In this document: positions 24,501 to 39,400 of the stretch, piece after piece
How the letters are laid out: each line of letters opens with the position of its first letter
Numbering within the stretch: the first letter of the stretch is position 1
Translations under genes and position numbers: made by a program
Notes under the pieces: generated by a model
Seen by the model: only the letters and a program-made list of their open reading frames with translations
Told to the model about the DNA's origin: nothing
Databases searched by the model: none
Source of the DNA: Bispira polyomma
Lineage: Eukaryota
DNA length: 64,000 nt
NCBI GenBank assembly: GCA_965649765.1
Contig: OZ287756.1
Location: 45,508,001-45,572,000, forward strand
Direction of reading: 5' to 3'

Positions 24501-25429
24501 CCCTACTCATTATTAGAGTGAGTACAGATTAATGTGTATCTTTAAAACCAAACTTGATGTTATCTTTTCCCCGTTTTACCGGCTTCTTCACAAGTTTAAT
24601 ATTGAAATCTAGAGTTTGATAATAACCTTAACTGATTGAATAAGGCACATTATAACTTAGACTGCAAGTCATGCCTAAAGGCATATAAAATCATAACAGT
24701 ACAATGCTCTACACTTAGAAAAATGTTATGGTATCTTCTTATTATATTTGAACCCTTGTACTTATATGTACAATGTATTATATACTACAGTTATTGCATG
24801 ACATGTGTGTGGCAACCATAAATGTAACAAAAACTGCAAATGTAGCTGTAACTATAAATGTGACAATTCCAACCACATATGTAACTATTACCACAAATGT
24901 AGCAATGTCCGACCACATGTGTAGTAATCTCAAAAAAGTTATACCCACAAATGTAACAAATTGAGAAACCACAAACGTAATAACCACAAATGTAGTAAAT
25001 CCAAAAACTGTAAATGTAACAAATACTAAAATGTAGCTATAACCACAAATATGACAATTCCAACCACATACGTAGCTAAAATCACAAATGTTACAATATG
25101 CGACAAAAAATGTAGTAATCTTAAAAAATGTTATAACCCCAATTATTTTCTGATGTTCATATCCATTGATTTCCTACAAAAAAAATTTCAAACCTGTAGG
25201 ACAAATAATGACTAGATTCAAGTCCACTTTTGCCTACAGACAAGTTAGTAGATAATTTTTATGGTTTATTCACAAGAAATGCATCACACATAAACTTACT
25301 TTACATAACCTAGGCTTTATTTTAAAATAATCTAATCTAACTTTTATAGTGCTTATCTCTGTACTGGCGGATTATAAGGTGCATGAGACAGAAAAATCAT
25401 TATTAAAAATTCATATATCCATTGCACGT

Positions 25430-27420
25430 ACAGGGGTTATGACCGTAGAGATGCAGGAAATGGTAAGGAAGCTAAGGTAAAAAGCCTTACCAAGAAGGTA
25501 TATTTTAAGCATCCTTCTAAAGTGAGGAGGCAGTGCGAATATCATGAGGCAGATCATTCCACAGCTTAAGGAGCTGTTCCACTATATCGAACATAGCTCC
25601 CGACTGTTCCAATTATACAATCGGTATATAATTTGCACAATATTCGGGACAATCGGTGAGTTATTGTGACTCTTCTGTCAACAGATTTATCCCAGCTTTC
25701 AGAGGGGACACATCGATTGGCAATTTCTAAAGAAATATTATTACAGCATTTTCTATTTTAAGAATTAGAGAGACTAAGTTTATTACATATTGCAATTATG
25801 CCAGGAAAAAGGAGAGCTACCAAGAAGAGGAGAATACAGCCAGTACAGGAGGAGGAGAGAGAGTTTGAAGTGAAAGACAGAGATGATAAGGGGATTATTC
25901 TAGAAACGTAACAGTCCGCGATAGACAGTGACACGCCAGAACTTATTTCCCAGTTCAACCAGGATACCCAGGATACCCAGGATAAGCGTGAAGCACAGGA
26001 TACACTGGACAGTGAAGTGGCGGTGGCCTTCAGTCAAAAACAGAAGAAGGGAAAGATAAGGACTGTGTTGTTAACTGATGAACAGAAGGAGGCTCTGGTG
26101 GACTTCCTGAAGAACTGCCAGAACATTCCTTCCTGCAGTTTAGGAGAGAGTCCTTCAACCTAATAACCACACACCAGGAAAGGGCAGCAGCTTTTCAGCC
26201 ACAGCAACAGGCTTTCCCCCACTGCCAGATATCACCTCCAGCTTAGATTCCTCAACCACCACAGCAAGGACACTACATTTATCAACAGCCACCGCTACAA
26301 CCACCACAACCCAAACCACAGCTTCCCCTACAGGCACAGCCACAGCCCAGCCCAAACATTACCTATATTACCATCATTGCCCAGCACCAGTGGTCTTCAG
26401 AGCCAGCAAGTGATATCTAGGGGCAGCGCACTAGTGGGTCTAGTAGAGTGTACAACCATAACCCACTGTCAGTGAACCCACTGTCAGTGGACAGCAACAT
26501 CCTGAACACCTCAGGAGCTTCCTCATTTGCCAGAGGCTTAGATTTGAACATACTAGACATCAGCTACCAGAACATTCAGACTCCTGCAGGCTTCGGGGAT
26601 ATGGCTGACACACAGTGACCAACAGACCCCACAACCACCAGAATTTCATCAGCAGCCAGCACCACAGACAACTAGCTACTCCTCTCCTCCTCCATCAGTC
26701 ATGTGACAACCAATCGGCCCTTTTCAGGGCCACCCAAATCATCCAAGAACATGATTTGAGCTATTGTTGAAAATTTGTTGTCTTTTTCTTCAACCTTGAA
26801 AATCTGTAAGTGCAAGTAATTGTATCAGCATAAATGCTAATAAAGTCCGGCCATTTTTATTATCCTTTGTGGTATCATGTTGCTCAATCGACTTCTCAAT
26901 TAAAACTGGAAAAGTCAGGATTTGTGACCTGTGCCCCCTTATATATGTTTTTTGAGGCGCATCGCCAGATTGCAAAATTGCAAGATCCATCTTGCCAATA
27001 GGGATCAAGGTAGCAACCTATCGGGATCCAGGTAACAATCTATCTTTATGATCGTAAGTGGTTGTAACGACCTATCTTTGTCAATTGGGCAGATATATTT
27101 AGTTCGTACCAGTCAAATTCCAGATCTTACAGGATCTATTGGGCCTTGCTCACAAGCTATCGTTACAATCCTTAACCAATACGATTATAGTGGTGTGACG
27201 TAAATTTTCCCACCATTTTTCTAAGAATCGGGGAAAATACTAACGATTGCTCCCAACTGCACCTCCCGATAGATCTTTATAGTGCGACAGCCTCTTTTCG
27301 AGCATCATATGAGAAATTATTGTTGAAATGCCTTTTTGACTTATGAACTGATGGTACAAAAGGTAGAGACATATATAGGGAGACAACGACTGAAAAATCC
27401 TGAATCAAGGCTTTTGTAGA
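25430..27420 (-). mobile_element. L2 3' fragment split by a Harbinger insertion
   Basis: Minus strand SYDA.|KLWNDLPHDIRTASSL..RRMLKIYL is continuous across ~27296/25568. Confidence 0.65.
25569..27295 (+). mobile_element. Internally deleted Harbinger (MADF-ORF N-terminus and Q/P-rich tail)
   Basis: Imperfect TIRs aggagctgttccactata / tatagtgcgacagcctct; VLLTDEQKEALVDFLKN; tail similar to 3843-4130; 9-bp caggatacc triplet. Confidence 0.65.
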
Positions 27421-30115
27421 TTAGGGAGCAGTTTTGAATATTGTCCTTTATTATCCGCTTCAGTCTATTGTGACGTCACAATGCAAATTTTGAAACTAGA
27501 GTAGTACAGAAGTGTTACCATAAAGAATTAGCTTTAAAATCGAGTTTTATTTACCTGAATATTGTTCAGGGTTAGACATTTTATTTTAACCACTTTTGAA
27601 CAATTTGTGAGAGAATAAAGTGGAGGGAATTATGTATTAACACAACTTAGTATCACAGCATATCTTTGGATATTTATAAAGCATAAAACTGAATATTAGA
27701 TTGGTCTCCGCGCCCCCCCCCCCTCCTTAATATCAGTTCCTACCGAGCTGCACCTTCTAATCCCTGGTGGGTATAAAACAGTAGCATAGCGTACAATACT
27801 AGATAAATACAACCTTATGCACATATACACAAAAGCATCTTAAAAAATGATGGTATATGCGTATATATATTATTGATGGTATTACGGGGTGATTTTTAGG
27901 AACATGCATAGAAGACAGTAATGCACATTATTTAAAATTTAAAGTTATAGTTAAGGGTTTCACCAACAAAAGACCATAAAACATTCATTCTTTTGTCAAA
28001 AATGATTTTAATTTTAAAAATTGGAGAAAGTTTGTAATTTATGATCCAATGTTAACAAATTAATATGCATTTTACAATTTCTAAAGGCCAAACAACTATT
28101 TTAGTCTTGGTCAATCTATTTGTTACATTAGCAGTTTTTGGATTTACTACTTTTGTGGTTATTACGTCTGTGGTTTCTCAATTTGTTACATTTGTGGGTA
28201 TAACTTTTTGTGGCTGAACATTGCTACATTTGTGGTTATAGCTGCATATGTGGTTGGAAATTGTTACATTTGTGGTTATAGCTACATTTGCAGTTTTTGT
28301 TACATTTATGGTTGCCACACATGTGTTATATACAAGAAGAAAATATTAGCTTTCATAATAAAAGTATTTTATCTCGTTACGGTTTCTTATTTCTTTCTTG
28401 GTGTGAGGACTGTATAACAACCCATAATATGTACAGAAGAAAGAATACTACATCTTTTACTATGCTGTACATAATTCTTCAACTAGTCAATTATTTACTG
28501 ATGGATTAAAAAAACTATTTCCTGCTCCCTCAGACTCGATCATCAATATTAAGCTATTGCTTCTCACAACATAAGTTTTGATTATAATTAGAATAGTCAT
28601 TTTGCATACCGTACTTGTAGAAAAACTACAACTTTTTGTTAAATTTGAACATAAATCAAACTAGTCTCACTGCACATTGAAACACTGAACAATTTAACAA
28701 ATCCTTTATGCAACTGCATTTCTGCAGCTTTATCAACCTAGAGGGTCTGTTATAGGGTATATTTAGTAACTGTCATATGCATTTACACTGTCTTACATAA
28801 AATCTGCTTACATCATTACCAGAGAAGTCCAATAAACAACAGCCATACAATGACATACAGTATGCTTTTAACAATTTGTATTTTACCTCAGTATTTGACA
28901 TGTGCAAACAAGACATTACAACATTGATATTTGCTACAAATTCATTTATACTTTTCTGAATATTATCTTTTTCTGTGTTATTCCCAATGAGATTACCAAA
29001 GTGGCTTGCATTAGTATTTTATATTTTGCAATATATTTTTAACTTGGTGGACACTCTTCAACATCAGTTTTTCTGCTGTACTACTAGTACAACTTTTTGG
29101 AATAAGCAATTGGATCAAAGAATTATAGAAGATATAAAAATATCAAGATCTGTTTTACAGTTTGTGAAATCTTACTAGGCTTTAAGTGGCATGGTGAACC
29201 TACATATGAATATGTGAATTATCTAAATTTAAGTGGAGAATGGTTTCTAAATTTCAAAATAATCAAAATATCCTTTCATGGAGTATGTTATACTAATCAA
29301 AGATTCAATGAGTACACTGAAGGCTCTGTACAACCAAGAAACCATGTTCCTTATGGAACTGTACAGGACTCTTTATGATAATTTCTTTTATCATTATAGT
29401 TGTGCAAAATATATATTTTTCATGATTTTGGATAATTAATGATCCGTATTAGTGTTTGTTAGATGTGAAAACAAATTTTAAAAATGCATTCCTAACTAGA
29501 ATGCTTAACAATTTTTATGTATTTGGTGTGTGGGCGAGAGGCAATACAAATTAGGTTCTCGCCAGTAAGAGGTAAGAGGTCTACAAAAGGTCAAAGGTGA
29601 TGAACTAGTATCAATCAGAGGAAGTCAGCGAAACTAATGTTTGAGGTGTTTATTACTACACATGTTAGTTAATATTTTTACGTACAGCAAAAAGCAAATA
29701 TTGATAGTGCATAATAAATCAATTTTTACTGCAATCGGTGATACAAAATCAGTTAGATTTAGATGAAGAAATGACAGAAAACAATATTTAGCTATTTAGC
29801 TGCTGTATACACGATATATGTATACAGGAATTATTAGAGATGAAAATTATTGTATACGTTAAACAGTCTGAGTTTGTAAACTAAAAATGAATAAAATATG
29901 AACATAAGGCATGTTTTCCCCACAAAATATAGAATTCTTTTCATTTATTTTTTATTAGTAAAAATGTCCCATCAATAATCGCAGCATTGTTATAATTTCA
30001 AGTTCCTGCAAAATGGATTCTTAGTTTTGCTTGGAATTGTTTGTATTTTGCATTTGCTGTCAATTTGAAGAGTTCCTCTACAATTTCTGATGTATCACCA
30101 TTTAGTGAGCTTTGT

Positions 30116-30465
30116 CTACATATTTGTCTGTAAGGGGGTATATTTTTTGTTCTCTTCCAGTTCAACCCTACTAGTCTGTTCATACAGATAAGGCTGTTCA
30201 TACAGATAAGGCTCTTCTTTGTTCACCATCTTCATTACTTGGATATGACCTGGATCAATTATATCATACACATCCCTATTGGGTCCATCATTGACATCAT
30301 TTCTCTCTGTTGGTGGTGCTATCTCAGTGCTGTCATTAGTTGTTTGCTTTAGACTGGGCTTTGATCTCTTACACTTTATAATCAGAAATACTGTTAACAT
30401 GACACTTATTAACAACAGTGTCATGGAGATCACTACGGCAATCACAACTGTGTTGGAATTTTTCT
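30116..30465 (-). CDS. Terminal exon: transmembrane helix and cytoplasmic tail
   Basis: tttag|AG acceptor; [24 protein letters not shown] then KCKR stop-transfer; [25 protein letters not shown] on the minus strand at ~29944-29957. Confidence 0.85.
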
Positions 30466-33400
30466 CTAAAACATATAGGATAAATTGTGTATGTTGCTCA
30501 TTAATATGTATACGTAAGACTGTGTTTCTATGTAGCAGATGACAGACAATTGATATTTGACAGAATCATTTTGTTTAGTTTTATAAAAAGTGGTTCGCCT
30601 CCCACAAGTGACCAATGCTGTGGGCCTGTCCCAATATGACCCTGACTGGTAAACGGGACGTAAAACCCTAAACTTTGACTTTTATAAAAAGTGCCCATGT
30701 ACCAGATGATGACCTGTGAGCTTGGAATGAAGTAATCATGTTGACAATCTGGTACTCGGACACATAGGCTAAGTGGTATTGTGGTGATAGGATGTAATTG
30801 TAATTAGACTTTTATTGCACTTAATCTCCCCTTAACAAAGGGGACTCTAGGGCGCACCAGCACAAAAGACAGTTATCCAATTTACTAATTCAAGAGACAG
30901 AAAAGGGTCAGCACCATAGAGCGCGCCGGGGGATGATTGAGACTAAGGTGGATATGCTTTAGTGTACAAGTGTGTTTTAAGCTGCTTTCTAAAACAGGCT
31001 AGTGAAGGGGAAGCACGAATCACATCAGGAAGAGCATTCTAAACAATGGCAGCATCAAAAGCAAAGCTGTGACCAAACTGTTTAACCAACTTTTGAGTAG
31101 ATGGGTGGAACTTCAGAACAACAATGAAATTACCAACACTCTGACTACGTCTGGTATTGTAGGAACTACTGTAAGTGGAAAGATATGGGGCAAAATACTT
31201 TGGTAACCCAGTGTGGAGAAACTTATAAACAAGTGGTTCATCTCACCATGTATTGTGTCACATGTTTGCCCTGTCCAACCATCCAAACAGCCATGTTTAC
31301 AAAGACCAGTCACATGGTCACAGTTATCTTTGCAGTTTGGAAAACATTCAGAGATACATTTGTCTCCAAATCTTCCATCTGGACATTCTAAAAAATTTTA
31401 GTAGCAAGGAAAAAGTTAAAATAATAAAATAACTTTTAGTAATTTTGCAATTAACAATAAAACGTTATTTGTAGGCGACTTGGTATTGCAATGACACTCT
31501 TGCCTGACACTCTAGCCTGTAGATCCTGTATATTAAGTTTGAGTAAAGCATTCAATAGAAAACAAGAGACACAGCACAGCAACATGTGACCTTGAATGTT
31601 TATCCTTATTTTGAATTAAAACATGTTTATTGATGTACATAAACAGGCTTCCAATGTGAAATCTAATATTAAGGAACACATTAGATTTGTACCATCTACA
31701 GATGCACATTCTTCCCCTGTTATTTACCTTCTGTGCAGTTATATCCCAGAAATCCGGGAGAACATTGCCCATCTTTACAGTACCCTGTCACTTTATCACA
31801 TGGCAATATATGGCAGTTGAAAGAACATATCTGGCAACCATATCCAAATGTATTATAAGGACATTCTGTAATATAAATAATAAATTATTACCTCTGCTAG
31901 GAGGCTGGGGCAAAGAGGAATTCATAAAATTACAGTGTACATAGCGTTACATGGCAAAAAATTGAAAAACATTCCTGCAAGATTAAGCAAAAACTAGTGA
32001 ACCAATATCGATAAAACTGGGTAGAGAACTACCATGTGCCAAGGAAGGATCCAAATCAATTTGATAGAATACACATTATGGTGGTGCGAGGTTAAACAAT
32101 AAAAGCATTTGGAATACCATTCCTTTGGGTAGCGTGAAATTATCTTGAAGGTAAGTATGGAGAAGGTAGGAAAAAGATCTGTGTTTGCAGAATTTATTCT
32201 GTACACAGCTCTATGCACATATTGTTATAAAAGTTTAGTTTAAAATTATAACTTTTGTAAAATTTTAAAATATAACATGACTAGCATGTCTGATGAGTGT
32301 AAACGGAGTTAAATTTGAGTGAGTCCTAGAATTACATTTAGAATATTTAAGATAATGCCCAATCCCCTTAACAACACACAGTAAGTTACTCACAATACAT
32401 TTATAGGTCCAGTCTCTTAACAGGTTTAATTACTCGGCCAAAACTGGAAAGTTGTTCACCATTAGCACTTACATTGGTAGACTCACTTTTTCACAACTAC
32501 GATTTAAAATAGTTTGATTTTTAAGTTCTGATTCACCATTAACTCTAAAGTTTTGATTTTCTTGCCTAGAATTTGTAATTTTCTGCAAATACTTCCTGTT
32601 GTGGCGAAAAAGAGAATCACCTGTATCAACCACATATCAACCTTTCATTTTGTTTATCAACAACAGTGTATTTTTCACTTAAATGTTTATCACCTGGAAT
32701 TTTGACTCTTATATTGCCACCTGTTTGCAAACTTGGTAAACCTTTGACCCCATGACGCTTGTCATAGTCAAATTTTATCTTGGACTTCATCACATCACCT
32801 TTAGCTTTAACTAGCCTGGTGTCAACAGATTTAAGCACCAAATTTGCATCAAGTGTTGGTAATGTTGCTCTCAATTTCCTACCAAACCACAATTCTGAAG
32901 CACAAAATCCAGCGACAGAATGTGATGTAGATCTACAAGCAAGAAGCGCTAGATAAAGATCAGGAGTAGACAAAATTATCTTGGCTGTCTAAACAGCTAT
33001 TTCTGCCTCACAATTGCTAATAGCATGGTATGAACTGAACACACTTGTGAATTTGTATATGTTGGCAAATTGTGCATATTATTTACTATTGAATGGTGGA
33101 CCATTGTCAGAGACTAGCTCTGTACATAAACCAAATCTGGTCATGATTCCCTTCAATTTACCAATAACAACAGAAGAGGTTGCCCTGGACAATTCACAGA
33201 TTTCATTAAATCTAGAATAATAGTCTACCACAACCAAATACTTTTTGCTGTTAAAATCAAACAAATCAGTTCCTAATTTCTCTAATGGACCGTTGGGAAG
33301 ACAGGTTGGAATTATTGGTTCACAACGTTGATTTGGCCACAATTTACAATTTTCAATAACTGATTTGATGTCAGTAGTGATCCTAGGCCTCCACACAGTG

Positions 33401-36400
33401 TCATAGGCTCTCAGTGTCATAAACACTTTGAAATACCTTGACGCCCATCGTGTATTCTATCCAAAATTACACTATGCATGCCAACTGGTACAACAACTCT
33501 ACAACCATGGAATAACAAACTGTTACGGTATGACAAATAATTTTTGACATGAAAATAACATTTCACAGGATTTGAGCAATCTATCTCCTGTGTATGCCAA
33601 CCCATCATAACACAACCAATAACTTTTTGCATATCAGGATCGTCACTTGTACAGTCACTGAGACCACTAAATCTCTTGTCTGATGCTGGCTGGAAATACA
33701 TGCACTACACTATCCACATGAGCTTGAATATCTTCATCCAGATTATCACATGAATTGGTCACAGGAAGTGGTTTGTGAGATAGGGCATCTGCAACTGCTA
33801 GATACTTTCCTGGGATATACTCTGCAACAGCCTTTTACTTCATCATATGAATGAGTAATCGTTAAATGTGTAGTGGTGCACCCTCTTAACTTTTGTGATT
33901 TAGTAGAGGTGTCAAGGGTTTATGATCAGTCTGCAGTTTGAATCTTTCCAATCCAATGAGATATCTCGAGAATTTCTCACAAGCAAAAATGGCTGCATAA
34001 CACTTTTTCTCTATTTGAGCGTAATGGCTTTAACATTTTGGAACAAAAGGCTTCTGGACAGTTGTTCTGTAATAACACTGCACCTACGCCATAGCTTGAG
34101 GCATCTGCAGACACAACCGTCTCCTTTATAGGATCAAAATACCCTAATGTAGGAGTGCTGGAAATTAGTGTCTTGACATTTTCAAAAGCTTATTCCTGCC
34201 CGATATCCCAACACCAGATTTTGTTACCTTAAAGTAATTCTGTTATGGACTAAAAGATATGTTGTAGGTTTTCTTTGAAGCGTCCGAGATAACTCCCCAT
34301 TCCAATTAACTCACGAACCTCAGTGATGTTGTATGGTGGGGGCAATTCCTTGATTGCCTTGACCTTCTCTTCATTAACCGACATACCTTTGGCACTAAAC
34401 TTGTGACCCAAATAGGTAACCTTGGACTGCTTAAACTTGCATTTTGACTTGTTTAGCTTTAGTCCAACATCTTGTATCTTGTGAAGGACTGCCTTTAATG
34501 TATTGTCATGTTCACCTTTGTCTTTTCCATATACCAGTATGTCATCAATAGAGAGAAAAAGGTAGAGAGAAAAGGGAGAGAATACCTAAAGTGATTAAGG
34601 TAGGGCTAATACTTTTTATTATTCAAGTGTGAGAGATTTGTATAAATTATGAAATATATATTAGTTACAGTTAGTATTGACTGCTAGTTTTCTGGACAAG
34701 CTGCATTGGAAAATGGTTTCATATGTATATAATATATACAATAATATAATCTGCTCATTAATAAATAATATTTTAGTTAGTATTGACTGTTATTAGATAA
34801 GCCATGTTGTCATTACTTACCCTCTGTACACTTTTCACCGATATAGCTTCTACTACAGCTGTCACAGTTTCCCGTGATATGATGACATTCCCCATCTTTA
34901 CAGTTTACCGGACACAATTCACCACAGTCATAACCATAGAAACCATTTGGACAGACTGTGTGATCAAGTGATTTCATACATAGAATATGTCAGTCATAAA
35001 AAAATAATTTAATCAGATATACTTTTATTAGAAATTGAAATGAATACTACTGCTAGTTAAAAAGTACAGGAGCTAACTAACTACACAGCCTGAAGAGCAG
35101 GTTCCATACAGAGACACTTTAGCACATCAATCAATAAAATTGATAGAACAAGACTTTGCACAGTTATAACCATCAGTTTTATCTAGACATTCTGAGAAAA
35201 GAAAAATAATTTGGAAACCAGCAAATGAGTCAGAAACCATATGTAAAACCAATCAGTATGTGTAAATCAGAGTGTATTAACCTGTTGTACATATTTTTCC
35301 TTCATAGCCAAGGTCACACCCATCCTGACAAGTTCCTTCTACTGGGTCACATGTTGTATTATCCCTGCAGTTGCCACATTTGTTGTCACAATTGTCTCCC
35401 CATCTACTGTTACAAACTGAAAAGAGTACACTAGTACTGTTAGCAAAGTTAAAGCTTTGACTTATTTATTCTTCCATAACATTGCACCGATCCTTTATCA
35501 TATGATATTGTTGGCTCAATGTATAGATATCTTTCTAATTCTCACGAAAATAAAGCAACAACAATTATGATATCATCAACTTAAGGTAACATAAGGTTAC
35601 CCTGTGTGACGTAAGCTGATCAAGCAAAGATATCCCTAAATTTGTGTATTTGATGTATGAATCTATTGGATCACAGTTTAATGATTTGCTTACAATCTAG
35701 TAACTCAGATGGTAGTAACTCAGATAAGCAACATCATACTATGTGGTAAAAATTTACATTTTTACCTGGTTCTTGGTATTCTAAATAAACAAGGCCAATG
35801 AATTTACAAATAAACTTTTAGAGATATGTATTATAAATTAGACAGAAACACTTTACAGTGGTTTATATTTTTAATTTTTTTTTTACTTTCTAACTGAGCT
35901 ACAATATGGCTATTTCTTTATCTAAGACAGCCTTTAGGACCACAATACAGCATGAGTGTAAAGTTAATATTCTCCATATAGATAAGAACTGTGTGTCACC
36001 ACCACGTCTGGTGTAATAATCTATTTCTTTGACTTCAGCATTTTCTTGGAAAGACAGGGTTTTAAAGAGTTGAAAAGATAATCCTGCTTTTTGAGGCATG
36101 TCGGAAACTCCTGCTCGTGGATCCCCATCAACTGTCCCACAGTCTAATAATCAAATTGATGCATTGTTTAATTATATTAACTGTAATCTCAGTGTTCAAT
36201 TTTTTAGTAAAGAAAATAAGGACTATATAAATTACACAGCAAAAGTATTTTACTTAAGTGGACATTTAGATATTACAAAGTATTACAATAGTATCTAGTT
36301 ACCTTCATACACTATAAAATTATTTACATGAATTTAACTACCTTCCATGTCAAAGAAATTACAATATGGAACACTTTGGGAACCATCACAACATTTTCCT

Positions 36401-39400
36401 GTCATTATATGGCACATTTTCTTGCTGAGTGTGCTGCAGGTATAGGGACACATATGTTCACAGTTTATACCACAGGAACCTTGTGGACAGGCTAAAACAT
36501 GTAAAATGACAAAAAATGTAAGTTATAATCAGTGAAAGCCTTTTCTCATCTATTGTAATTATTATGTAATAAACTTGTTGTTTATGCATAATTTGTGTTC
36601 AGTGATGTTTTTGCATATTTTGTGTTCAGTGAGTGTTTTGATTTGCCTTCTGCCTTCAATTATTTCTCTCCATTAATTTTAAAATATTTGTCACTCGGGT
36701 AATTTTCCTAACGTATAACATACAGAATAATGTAGAAACTAAGACATGAAAATATTTCAATTATTTATTCAGACTACTAAAATCTGAATATATGAAATAG
36801 TATTCACAAATATAGTGCCTTACATGTTTACTTATATTATTGGCTTTGTTGTGAGAGTTTTATTCACATACGTTTTCTGGCGTATTTTTACAAAAAGTAA
36901 TGCTACATCAAGTAAATTTTGCCCACCTAAAGTGACTCTACTTTTTACAAGATAACCACTTATTTGTAAACATATTATGTTATCTGTCATTTCTGCTAAA
37001 CAGACATTATCTTGTATCTAAGAATGAGTTTGTCCAATTTTAATATGTTTACATTATTCCTGGTTAATCCTGTACAATATCCGTTATCTTGTAATATTTA
37101 TGTTTAAAATTTAATTAGTAAAACTAAATGAAAAACTAGTCCAAAATGAAGTATCAAGATATTACCAAAAAGTAACCAAAATATTCAACTTTGACCTATC
37201 TTACTTGAGTAAACACTAAGTGATCCATCTCCTCCACAGATGTCACCACTGTTGTCACTACACTGTGTGTTACATTGGTCTGAGATGCCGTGTTTGCTAA
37301 AGTCTTCTCCACAGTGACATTCTCTCCCAGCCTAGTGGTAAGATATTTAGATGATTAGTGATTATTTATGCACACCTGTTTCAAAAGTCGTTTTTAAGTA
37401 ATCAGTTGTTTCAAATATTTATTGTGGGTATTTAAAAAACTCATGGCACTAAATAAACTACATGTCTAATTCTATTCATTTCTGGGAACTTCACAATAAT
37501 ATAACTGAGTGTAAAGAATAAATGTTTTAAATTTAGAATATAACCAAACAATTATTTTTAAAAGTTTTTGGAAGCTGTATATGTACATCAATTGTTCAAT
37601 GTATATTTTATAAAACACTGGTTGTTAAATACTCTAGTCATACATAATAGAGGTATCTAATCTTATCTTCTATATTCTATTATTGTTCATATTATAGTCA
37701 TTGCTGTAAAGTGGCTGGTTGATGCAAAATAGTGATAAACTTTAAATTACAGGCATCTGCAGAACCTGTAAATCTGTTTTCCAAAATTAATTAATGATTA
37801 ATACTACCTTGAGACCAGAAAATGTATATTTGTTGCTTTTACAGAAATTCAAGCAATCACTAATTGAAGTTGTTAGAGATTGTTCACTTGTAATTATGGT
37901 CATTGCATAGGTAGATTCTTCATCTTTGTAACACCCTATGGACTGGGAATCTGAAACATAAACATAGATCTATACAGGCCTACTTATCGGTTAAATGATC
38001 ACAACATAGCTATTATCTTGGCATCATCTTGAGATATGGCATAACATATCATTAAGAACTAAAACTGTAGTCTATGATGTGCAATAGTATTTAGTAAAGG
38101 AAACCCAACCATATACAAGAGTTTATTCAATGTAGGTCATAAGCAAAGAAGCACACAATAGCCCTGAAAAAGTTTTTATGCTAAACATGTCGAATATTTA
38201 CGCATTTGTGTCACAGTTTGTGCCAATAATAGTTACTGGTTATATGATGTATTATGGTAAAAGTTGCACTGGCAAAAATCTCATTTTTGTTTCACCTTGA
38301 CGTAACAGACAGAAAATTTAATGTTGCAAAACTACCTAATACACTCTACAATTATAGTAGACATTAAGGCACTGACATTCTGAAAAATCATGTTTTTGTT
38401 ACCCCCAAAAGTCTTCAATTATGCCACCAGTTGTCCTTGAAAGGTGTAAAAGGTCAGAGGAATGTCAAAGTAATATGGAAAGTGGTATGTAGTTATGCAT
38501 AGGATGTAGTAAAACTATGATTTGCGATATTTATTAGTGTACACCGTTAATTCTGTATATGTATACACAAATAGTGTTAAAAATATATCAATTTTAAAAT
38601 ATATGAAAGAATTTTTAAAAGACCCAACACATATGTGATAGTCATTAACATAACATGAGGACATCAGAACCTTATAAGGACAAGCCATACATAAACAAGA
38701 CATCATATCGGTATATCCCAATGGCTGAGTTAGAAGAACATGCAATTTCCTCCGGTATCAACTTCTCCGTCTCAATGTAATGACAGCCTTACAGCCAACA
38801 TTGATAATAACCACATCAAGGTCCCTTTATAGTCAACCTTGTAACAAATTAGACAACACACCTTGTCATTCAGTTATTTTAAATGAGCCAACATAGTTAT
38901 ATCAAGAAATCATTTACTAAACAAAGCCAGCATAGTGTGTCGAGCACGACAACTTTAGCGGTAGAATACTGTCTGATATACTAATATCACTGCCAAATTG
39001 GCCCAAGTTATGTTCATGTAAAGTCACACTAAATGCAACAGACAACAAAAGTAAGATCCAAAGTATTACGCTGCATCCACAAAATATTCCTCTCTGTCTT
39101 AATTAACTACCTTTTTGGTGTGCATAAAACATACCTTCATTACATTTAAATCCTTGATATCCAGTTGCACATCCACTAGGACAAGTTCCATCCACAAAGT
39201 GACAGATGTCATTGCTTTTACAATTGTGACAGTCATTGCCACAGTCACTACCATACTTGCCAATTGGACAGCCTACCAGATATCATACAGAGAAAGATTA
39301 TAATTGGAATATTTAGATTTTCATTTACCGAATAACAAAAAATAAGATAGCAATCCAAAAACATAATCAACTTTTTTGTAATAGTATTTATAATTATGTT

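Larger units (their letters stand above)
24808..28319. mobile_element. Non-autonomous TIR (foldback-like) DNA element, ~200-220-bp internally repetitive TIRs, TGT...ACA ends, 6-bp TSD CATGTG
   Basis: TGTGGCAACCATAAATGTAACAAAAACTGCAAATGTAGCT at 24808 is the exact reverse complement of the end at 28319. CATGTG at 24802-24807 and 28320-28325. Confidence 0.85.
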
